Shown here one piece after another: positions 53,635 through 64,000 of a DNA stretch of 64,000 nt (position 1 is the stretch's first letter; each line of letters opens with the position of its first letter). This DNA comes from Lingula anatina (Eukaryota; Animalia; Brachiopoda), in contig CM120640.1 in NCBI GenBank assembly GCA_051362555.1, forward strand, positions 63,838,788 through 63,902,787. Reading direction: 5' to 3'. The position numbers and the translations under genes were made by a program. The notes beneath the pieces were generated by a model, which had not been told where the DNA came from, ran no database searches, and saw only the letters and a program-made list of their open reading frames with translations.

Positions 53635-56600
53635 CTATCTGTCAATTCCTGACAATTCCAGCTCACACACCAACACTGCATCCGGTGGAACCCTGGGAAT
53701 TGTAGATAAGGAAAACATACAATGTTTCTTTTCTTTGTTTAGTTGGATTGCATGTTTTGAAATCTAAGTTCAACTATCCTATAATCTCACGATTGATCAC
53801 ATCAGTTTAATTTACAAATAAATTAAGAACATAAGCATGAGAAATTAAAAACGACAATAATTAATAATGGTAAGGCACACATAATTTTTCTTGGAGAAGG
53901 AAAGAATATGCTAGGTATGTGGGAGACACCATAAGTACTCTGACACAATGTTTAATGAAACAGAAGCTTTTTCACAAAAATTAATGTGTATAAAAATACA
54001 CTTTAAAAGGATACTTTCCTTCAAATGCTCCCTTCTTTCCATATCCCCAGTCAGGGTTTATCAGGAGTTCTGCCTTCTCACCAATGCTCATATCTAATAC
54101 TGCCTCCTCCCACTGAAAATCAGGAGTTATGTGTCTAAAAATTTTTGGGAAGAGATCAGGAAAAATCCATTATCTTATGTTTGGGATGGTTTTTTATTTG
54201 TAAGATCTTAAAATGAAATGTGATGCATGAAAATATATCTGAAACAAATACATAACAAATATACTTACAGCCCTAATCACTTTATTCTCTCCAATCTTAA
54301 ACTTAAATGGGTGGCACTTCTTTCCTTTTTTGGCTGCAAGTGATCACAAAAAGAAAGCACCGTGATACATATAAAGCTGTATTGTACAACTTTTCATTTT
54401 GGTAAGTGTGTGTCAAACCAGACCCTGAATAATAACAGGAATCTGTGTCCTACTTCATATCTAGTCACAGTTAAAGTTGCTTATTTAAAAAAAATCAAAT
54501 TTTAACTTCTATCTGAAACAGAGCAATGAGGCAACAGAAGGGGTTGCCAAAATGAAAGGCATACAGACACAATCTTACTTTTTCTGAGTCTTGAGTCAAA
54601 AATTGTTCCATCTTGAAGCTTGCTGACATAGTGGCATACCACCACATCCCCTACCATTGGGAAATCGTGTCCATTGCCTTTCTCTAGGACAGTTTTTCTG
54701 TACATCTCTCCATCTCGTAGTTCATAGTTATTTATTTTCTGAAAACACAAGAAAAAGAATCAACATGTGATATTACAAAACAATCCTCACAATGCACTTG
54801 CCAATTTGGCTCGATTTTTAAATCAAAATAGTCAACCTCAGAAAATACAGAGCTAATGAATGACTAAACAATAAACATCAAGATGAAGGTTATGATGTTA
54901 AATTCAATTTCTAAATTGAAAGAATATGAAGAAATGTGTATGCATGCACACAGATACCCCGTTCACACTACGCTCAGTTATCCGGATAAATTGCGAATTA
55001 GGTCACAATTCGAATAAATGCAGTAGTGTGAACGCAAGAGGATTTTTGTAATGCACATTTTCAAAATCCTGCAATTAAGCGTGGTGGATTTCTAAGCGCG
55101 ATCAGGATAACTTACCAGAATCGACACCTGTACAGATCTTACTGCGCATGTGTGCAGATAAGTGCGGGTATCTATGAACGCTTGTTTATTACTTTAGCGA
55201 TTGCACCAAACGTATTTGGAGGTCACCACTTTCTACAACATGAGGAAACAAACTTATTTTGCCGTCTTATACTTCTCAAGAATGCTGGAATGTCTTTAGA
55301 GTTGCATTTGTCGTCACAAATTTTTGTTGGTATTTTAAGATTTCCTGTGCGGCGCATGCGCGAGTGTTCAAAACAGGAAGTTAAACCTGAAATTTTCAAC
55401 GTGTAATTCGGTTTGGCTTAGCGTGTGTGAACGCAATACCGAATCGCATTCCTCACGAGAAATTCGGATTATAGAAATGCGCATTTTTGCAACTGTAGTG
55501 TGAATGGGGTAAGAGATTACAAAACATTTGTACATTAATCAGTATATAAGGCACATTTCATGCTGGTCTTCCAAAAAAACTGACATCATAGCCTAGTCTC
55601 ACCTGCAAGACAAGATATCCACCATTGATTTCATTGGCATTAGCATCAGTTCCAGTCTTCCTTGTTTTGTTTACTGTTGTTGCACTATTAATACTGTAAT
55701 TGTTTTCTTTGGTGGATGCTGATGATGAGGGCCTTTGAACAGATGCTTGTTTTACAGGCTCTTCATATTTTGTATTTTTGAAGGCCTGCAATGCAGCAAT
55801 AAATTTTCAAAAGTAAAGGAAGAATTCAAAATATTTTTACACCACATACATTAAGAAATATTTATCTCAGTTGAATCTTAAATTTGTAGTTAATGAACAT
55901 AGTAATTACTTTTCTAGATATACTGAGAAATATTACAGGAGTGAACATGTCAAAAGTGAAAATTGATGTCTGTGCACATGTGTAATACCTTTCTTTGAAA
56001 CATGGTGTTGTAATGTTCAATAAATTGCTCCTTGGTGTGAACCTTGCAGACATTCTTTAAGTTTCCCAAGAGCTTTCTGGCTGCCAAAAACTAAAAAAAG
56101 AAGCATAAAAAACATAGCATGTGCTAGTCTGCATTATAAAGAGGTACATTACATGCATTGGTAATATGGAGTCAACTGTATGTTGAAGGTCAATTGTTTG
56201 ATCTTAAAAATAATACGATGGAAAAAGCATGGGATGCTGGCAACACATCCAGTTTCCTGCACCCTGACCCAGGGGTTTCTCTAGAAAGTCTTAAATATCA
56301 ATAACGGTGGTGCAATATCAGATTGTGGCCAGCAGTCTAGTTTGATACATTGTATATGATTTACTCCATGCTGGGATAAAATTTTCATTTTTTACAAGCA
56401 AAATTAATGTCATTATTTCACTCCTTCTACAGTGTACGCAGTGAACTACTGCATTTGGCCAACACATAAAGAGTGTGTTGATTGATTGCATCGCACTACC
56501 TGTGTCACATTCTGTAACCAAACTAGAACATGAAAGGAATACTCATTTACGCTGTCGATCATTTACGCATACACTCAGTTATGTGATATTCTTCAAGTGA

Positions 56601-56998
56601 AACACAGAAAGTAATTACCATTACCGGTACCATTTACCGGTAAGGGTAAACTGTGGTCCGATAATAATCACATTCTTGCCCTCTTACAAGAACTTAGGTT
56701 TCTATAAAATATCGTTCTCTGACATATAATTCATTACAACTGCATACATTACTTATACATGTACAGCAAATGGCATATGATATTGCTAGAGAACGATGTC
56801 GATCATCCAGAAGGATTGACCAATTAAGGCTACATGTGAGATCACAGCGCTAAAAATGACAACACATTTACACCATACAACCAATGATAAATGTACCTTT
56901 TCTGCTGCCGAGTTCTGAAGAAAGCTTGCCAAATCTTTCTTCGTGACAGCATCGCTAAGCAACTGCTCGGCCGTGTACGGTGGGCATGGCTCGGACAT
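53635..56998 (-). CDS. FKBP3: FKBP3/FKBP25-like peptidyl-prolyl isomerase (N-terminal BTHB domain plus FKBP domain), ~255 aa
   Basis: Exons (minus) 56998-56897, 56090-55989, 55785-55603, 54738-54579, 54333-54269, 54112-54015, 53692-53635. YTAEQL..D..TKKDL..FLQ and FL..RKLLGNLKNV are BTHB-like. The FKBP domain reads YRKTVLEKG...FP.VGDVV.CHY...LQDGTIFD, a basic loop TKKGKK, FKIG.NKVIR.WEEA and GYGKKG...VPP. Confidence 0.9.
53693..54014 (-). other. U12-type (minor spliceosome) GT-AG intron, last intron of FKBP3
   Basis: 5' site GTATCCTTT; branch-like TTTTCCTTATC (53715-53705) about 12 nt before the AG; no polypyrimidine tract. Confidence 0.85.
54955..55511. mobile_element. MITE (Harbinger-like) in FKBP3 intron 3
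   Basis: TIR taccccgttcacactac / gtagtgtgaatggggta; internal gtgtgaacgca repeats. Confidence 0.75.
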
Positions 56999-57039
56999 CG
57001 TGCTGCAGTGCCAGCAAGCTCTCGGGTTCTACCGGTGGA

Positions 57040-57170
57040 AGTGAAGTTACATGTACATATCAGTGCGCGCATAAACTAATACCAGAATACTCACGTGGGT
57101 AGGGAAAAGAAGGTCTAAAACATCCGACCTGAAGAGAAGTGCACTTCCGGCGTAAACAAAACCACGTGGA
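57040..57170 (-). promoter_or_regulatory. Putative FKBP3 core promoter
   Basis: ETS-type ACTTCCGG at 57143-57150 and CACGTG at 57092 and 57163, within 170 bp of the ATG. Confidence 0.45.
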
Positions 57171-58300
57171 GATCGACATGTAACAAGATGCGTGCATATA
57201 AGCATTTCTACGCTTTTTAGCTGAGGTACTTCTGCATTTGAGAACAGTAAACATAAGCACTACATGCAGTTAAATGAACAGTACATTTATATTAAAATGA
57301 ATTAATATTTATTTATTTATATTTTGTTTTGTTTCATTTTTTTTTTCACGTATAGGCCTATATTACGGGGCGAAGATTAAACTATTTGGATTATTGTCAT
57401 TAGCAATTATATAATCTATGTTAGTACATATTATTTATTTTTTATGAAATCGTTGTCAATTTTCACAAATAAGCAAATAAACGGTATGAATTAGGTGAAA
57501 ATGATTGTATTAACAAACACACGTTCTAGAAAGAGAAAATGTGGAATATGGCCGAAGTGAGGACATTTTTGAAAAAGGACGGTGAAATAAAAATAGACTG
57601 GAAATTGACGGATATTCGTGAAACGCTTACTTATCATGCCTAACTTTAGGCGGCTTGGCTCGTACCTTAAACCTTTGGCTACGAGCCTGATTCACATTAT
57701 ATCAAGAAGTCGCACTATTCTTTGTATAACTCTTTTTATTTTGTTGTGACGACTGTTACATTTCACGTATAATATTATATAAAAATGATCAATAAGTCTA
57801 AAATGTTTAATGATATAATGAGTGTTTATCTGGAATATGGAGAACAAGAATATAATATCTTAAATGCCATCTGAAAATAAAACTACAATGTAAAATCATG
57901 ATCTTTCATCATATTACATCAAACCAAATATAGATTAACTCTGAAATTGTGCAAAAAATACTCTTAGCGTCTCGTCAACTAAAGCTTTGATCCCAAATCC
58001 ACGTAAGTTCGTAAGTTATTTTAGAGATTGTTCATTATTTGTACCTCAGGATGACAATGAAATGAAATGAAACAGTCGAACTATCACTTCCTAGTTTGCT
58101 TTAATATCGGGTAACATTATTCTTGAGTTTAACTTGTCCTTAAAATTAAGGGGTTGACCTAATCCTGAAGTAAAGAATGGTAGACCAAATTTACCATCTT
58201 GCTGATATTTTTCTATTAAACAAATGCATTAATAATGCAAGGCCCCTTCTTTCTACATTTTTTGCGTCACAATCCATGCGAAGGTTATTTCACGTATTGC

Positions 58301-61300
58301 CTAAAAATGCGTGTTTTCATGAGTATACGCCGCGTTGTCATATTCCTGGCCGGGTTGTTTGGCAATGAAGACTGCACGGTTTGTCAGCTGACCATTGTTC
58401 ATTTCGCCATGGTACTGGTATCTTTCTGGCGACTTCACATAGCCCTTGGGGACTACAACAGGTTCAAGATCTGAAAGAGCATACCCAAGACACCGCTATA
58501 ATAAACTGTCTTTATTATAATTTGTAACCAATTAAAGAAAGCAATCCCCATTTTTTAAATTTACCGAAATGGAGGAAATATATTTTGAAAAAGCTAGGAG
58601 TTTTGATCTTTTCCCAAAGCATTAACAAGCATTAACGCGTATAGATTAAACTATTTAGTTTAAATGGATGATATTTCAAATCCAAACAATATGAAACTGA
58701 ATTCAATGTATGTGTGCTATTTGTGACAAAAAGAAATTGCAGTGGAGAATTGGGATGTGGTTACTCCCTGACCACAGAAGTCGCTAGTAGTCTACAAAAT
58801 TATCGTATACTGTGGTGTATTTACTACATTATGATGAAGAATGGTTACTAGGCTAATCAAAGACAGATATATAAACTAATCAAATTCCCTAAGTAGATTC
58901 CATTGTATATCGGTTAGTTTAAGTTTAAGAAACAATTTTTAAAGTCTGATTTGTGTATTGAGTATTTTACTACATGCCGTGTGCAGTTTAGGGGTTCAAA
59001 TTATCAAAATAAAAGAAAGTATAGGTAATTTAACATGAAGTTGAAATGAATGATTATATTACAACGAATGCACAAATTAGGCCTATGAAGAGTTACAAAA
59101 CACAATAATGTTATGACTCTACCGATCATTCATTGACATACAATATGTTTTAATATATGAGAAAGTTAATTAAGTAAAATTAGTACGTTAGAAAAGTGGG
59201 GTGCAATTAACCTGACATATTTATCGCCTTACTGTCACTGTTCATTGCCACGTGCCCGTGCATGGTCAAGTGCCCTGAGTTCCAACCATCGCCCCACGCC
59301 TCGGATGGATAGGCGGGTTCACCATGCTTGGGAATATCTAGTCCTAGAGACAGAAAATAATTTAAAAAAACATATACATTAACAAATTACAACATTTTAT
59401 TTTAGAACTTAATACTTTGAGGGAGACAAAAAAAAGTAGATTAAAGCAAAATGATTTCTAAATAAACCTATTTCTTAATCACCATACAAATTCATTTTTA
59501 AAATTCAATCTTTGAAATGAAACTAATGTTATTCTGCTTAGTTGTGTCAGATTTTCGCAGTTACGGAACCAGTAAGACAAGGCATCATAGCTTCTGGTTC
59601 GCCCTAATGGTCACTTTATACCAGCACTACTCAAGAGGAAAACTTTACCGCTCTAGGATCATTAAAAACAAAATACCTTTGATTTCAATGTCCTCATTTA
59701 CCCGCAACACTTTACACAGCTTCAGTATCCCGAAGAGGACAAGGCAGATCACTGCCGTCCATCCGACAATGGCTACTGCCCCGACCATATTGACTCCTAA
59801 CGACTGAAAAAAGTGAGTCAGTGAGTCACTTAGCAACAAAACGAAGATAAAGCCGTCATGACACTGATTTATATGCCTTTATCAAAATATGAAGATATAG
59901 TTCGAAGTCATGATAGGTATGGTGATTAGAGTGATGTATAAAATATGAAAACGGATACCTTTGCTCTGTATGTTACAAAAAAGAAAAGCAATTTACCTTC
60001 CAGGCTGTCACATTGGAAGGATCGAAGATGATGCCATCATTCATTTTAAAAATTGGCACGGCTATCAGACCCCAGAGACCCCCTCCGCCATGCACTTGAA
60101 AGATATTCAGTGTGAAAAAAATGATTTTTATAGAAGATGGTCGAATCAAAACCAAAATCGAGATAGATGCACTAAAAATTATTTAAATTTTATTTTGCTT
60201 TTAAAACGTGCAGCAGTATAGCAGCATCCCTTCGGCACGAGATAGTATAATTACACATGACACGAACTTATCCTAAGGAAAGAAGACCACCTTTAACAAA
60301 GCATTTTCATAAATTTTCACTTATTACATATAGATATCATAGACAGTGGAATGAAAAGTACCTGCCACTGCGTCCAGGGGATCGTCTATTTTCATGGCCT
60401 GGACAGCCCAGCTCCAGAATAAGTAAGTGATCCCTGCAATAACGCCAACAATGCACGCTCCCCACGGCATTAACACGTCACAGCCTGCACAGGCGGCAAC
60501 CTATTTTGTACGAAAGTGGTGACAATTTACTGACATAACAGTAGTATAATACAAATATCTATACATAGTTGTGCTTTTGGTGACGTAAGTCCTAGGTGGG
60601 CAAACAAAGTATCAAAGCAACAATTAAAGACAATATTGAAAGAATATATATTCAGAGAATAATTTAACTAAATTAAACATTATTAGGAAAACGAGGATCT
60701 GATTAAAACAGGGAATGTATTATTAATTTATCAAATCATTCATTTATTGATTTTTTAAACTACTTGAAAGTGTGACAGGTGGATGTAAAGGTGCAAAACC
60801 GGGCAATTCATATGTATAGCGCAAAACTAATAACGATAATGATAAAGACTAAAAACCCCTTTACACTTGACGGCGTCCTTTGTGCGACCATGAAACTGGC
60901 ATAGCTGGCATGGCGTAGAAAGTAGGCACAAGCATAGCTTTGGTTGCAAAATGAATGCACAATGATCGGCCAGTTGTCAGCACGTAAAGTGTTTTTTTTT
61001 TTTTTACTCTCAAACAGGGCGGTACTACGGGACGCAGAAAAGGACGCCGTCCACTCTAAACGGGGTTTAAGCAACTCACCATGCCTGTGAGGGCGCCGTT
61101 GATTGTAACCAGGAGACTCCAGTTTGATGGATGTCCACATGAGCACTGGATTTGTAAAATAATAAGATATAGGTTCTTAACAAGAAGGCGAACGAAAATA
61201 AATTATTTGGATAACAACTAAAAAGCTCTAAAATATTGAAGGTAACGATTTCGAGTTACACTAAAATACTGGATAAAACATTTGAAATCTATATCAAGGA

Positions 61301-61644
61301 GGAAAAAGATCATGTTGAATATTTAAGGCTTTCATTTATAAGTGACCTGAATAAAGTACAATAACAACGAATGAAATACTTTACATTGATACATGCGAGT
61401 CCGCATTTCTTCAGAATCATGGATGTAAAGGCTGCAAAGCTCCCACAAATAACGGTGTTCATCATAGCTCGTGCTACAGCAGCTCCGTCCCCAGGCTGCG
61501 AGATACTGGCTTGGGAACCACCATTGAAGGCGAAGAAACCAAACATCAGTATGAATCCGCCCAGGGCGGCAAGCTGAAATGATAATAATGAACATCCTCG
61601 TATTTTTCTGTTCAGTTTGATTGAAATGCAGTTTCTATAACAGG

Positions 61645-61677
<33 letters not shown>

Positions 61678-63571
61678 AAAACACATAAATGAAGTTTTTA
61701 AAATCTAGTCTTGAACATACAATTTAAACTTGGAGACCTCAGGGGTCTACTGAGAATGAGACACAATAGTCCCACCTGTCTCCGACGGGGAGGCGCTTGT
61801 CACTTCGACTAATTGTAAATCCAGCAGTAGCTAGCTATATATGTAAAAAGTAATTTATGTCAAATACCCAACAACTTAAGTTTCAGCTCACTGCGGGTAA
61901 TTACCCTCTTCCTATCTTCACCTTTACCGTTACCCTAGCCCTAACCTTGCCTTACCGGAACACTGTGCCCGGGGATATCGTTGGGTTTCCCATCAATCGA
62001 GTCAAATCGTCCGATCCTCGGTCCCAACAAAATAGCACCGACCAGCGCTGCTGTGCCTCCTAGCAGATGGACCACCCCACTGCCTGCAAAATCCTGTAAT
62101 ACGATATCATACAACAACTAAAATATTTTACATGGTTTAGACACAAAGACTTAGCCATTGATGACACACGTATATATAATTGTACTGCACTGCATATATT
62201 TCCACACCTTGAAAAGTGAACTAGGAGCTCATTTACCTTGTAAGCGATACCATCTATGCCAACAGCCAGCCAACCACTTGAAGACCACGCCCAGTGTGTG
62301 ACGATTGGATACACGACTCCTGAGAGGTGATGTTAAGTTTTATCGTTAAGTGATCGTCTGTTTTCAATGGTATATACGTATATTAATTCCTCATTAAAAA
62401 GATAATTTATATAATTGTTATTAATAATGTAAATATAATCACAGATATTATGGTTTTTACTTTATATTTTAATGCATCATTCTGAATTTCATTAATCTTG
62501 TAGCAAGATCGAAATCCCTTCTTACCAGTTATAACAAAGCTATACGCAAAATACGCAATGAATTCACACCGTTCCGCCATAGCGCCGGACACAATGGTGG
62601 CAGCGGTGGCAGCAAACACAAAATGGAAAAACCAAAAATGAAAGTGCATGTCGCCGGGCATGTTCTCACTGAACCAATAGCGGGTCCCCAGGAAGAAATT
62701 ATCCGGCTCTCCAAATGCAAGTGCGTACCCTACACCCCAGTAAGCAATCCCAGAGATAACTGAAAATTAATAAAACGGATCGAAATAAGATTTCTCTAGC
62801 ATGACGCTAGGTCTTATTTGTTACTGGTCTTTATAAGACATAATCTACTGTTAAAACTACTGATTTGAAGTGTGAATTTGGTTTTCCATCTCCGTGGGAT
62901 TAAAAAAATAATATTGATGCTTTTTTTGTTTTCATCATGATTTTTCTTTGACCCTATTATGGTTTATCAACTAATTGTATTTCAACACAGATATCCACCC
63001 TGCTACCCTACTTACAACAATCTAGCATATTCTTGATGAGAATATTGGTAGTGTTTTTGCTTCGAACGGAACCACATTCTAGAAAGGCGAAACCAGCTTG
63101 CATGACTGTAAAAAATACGTGATAACATAACAAGTTGGAATTTCATTCTCAGAAGCTGCGTTAACACAACCAAAGCCAATTTAAGCCGTTTTTTCTATTT
63201 TGGTAAAGTTTTAGGCTGTTAGAGTTAGCAGATGAATCAAGACAGTGATCTTAGATGTAAAATGTTGTGCGAGATACTGCATGTCAGATAACATTTCCAA
63301 TAATATGGATACTATTCAGCTGCTGATGACACTTAATAAGATAACATCTTCAGTTCGTTCTCATGTTGCTAATGACTTTAATATCACGTTGCACTAGTAG
63401 CTGTGCCTATTGCGGACCATACTCCATATAGGAGATCAGACAACACTTACAAAATATGACGATTGCCATGATCAGAACAAAGAAGACATCCGCATTATCT
63501 TTCAGTGACTTGAGTGACGTTTCAGCAGTTTCCACTCTTTTCAAAAGCAAAGTAACGTTTACATCTGCCAT
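58301..63571 (-). CDS. amt: Ammonium transporter (Amt family), ~521 aa
   Basis: Exons (minus) 63571-63451, 63105-63016, 62759-62526, 62319-62237, 62093-61956, 61573-61385, 61145-61080, 60500-60362, 60094-59997, 59803-59677, 59343-59233, 58470-58301. Motifs [81 protein letters not shown] and GLD..KHGEPAY; both pore histidines are present. An acceptor at ~63658 suggests a further upstream exon. Confidence 0.93.
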
Positions 63572-64000
63572 ACTTTCTGTGTAGATCTGGTTTTTACTTA
63601 GTAGTTGGGTCCGGCCAGTTCTTTGCTCTACTCGATTACTGCTGTAGGGGAGGCAACCTAAATAATATACCAAAATAAAGTAATAGATAAATAAAGGAAG
63701 TATGTCACCATTAAAGAAATATCGCTTTTGAGAATTGAAAGGGAAACATGATAATTTGACATTTACTTCTGAAAAATGAATTCCATTCTCCACGACAAAA
63801 CAGTGCATTTTGCAAAGCAGTTTTTCCATCTGTGTTGAATGAATGTAAACATTTTAAAGAAAGAAAAAATATAATCGCAAAGGACACACACCATTAAAAA
63901 AAGTGCAAATGTGTAGGGCTATGCGTGTGTATTTCACATTTGCAACTGTAGAATGACTTGTGTGTCCCCGACGATATTTTTCCCACATATTCTGCAGTGG

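Overview
AT-rich, intron-rich animal genomic DNA, most consistent with a marine invertebrate; the taxon cannot be fixed from sequence alone. I reconstructed seven spliced genes by hand, all with GT-AG introns and consistent phases. They are three tandem glucoside xylosyltransferase paralogs (GXYLT, GT8; + strand, 7.2-36.6 kb), JMJD7 (-) head-to-head with MYG1 (+), an FKBP3/FKBP25 homolog (-) with a U12-type last intron, and an Amt-family ammonium transporter (-). Introns and intergenic DNA are dense with non-autonomous mobile elements: Helentron/DINE-like elements with internal tandem arrays, CAGGG-ended MITEs with 5-6 bp TSDs, Harbinger- and Kolobok-like MITEs, an L2 LINE tail and a Tc1 transposase relic. 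A 6.3-kb P-like element with a 7-bp TSD in MYG1 intron 3 holds a second, related 2.45-kb element with its own 7-bp TSD. Most notable are the GXYLT array (one canonical copy, two intact copies altered at conserved motifs, and an apparent exon-2 gene conversion), the nested P-like pair, and the altered FKBP ligand pocket. Family assignments and motif comparisons rest on my recall of the families, not on database searches.
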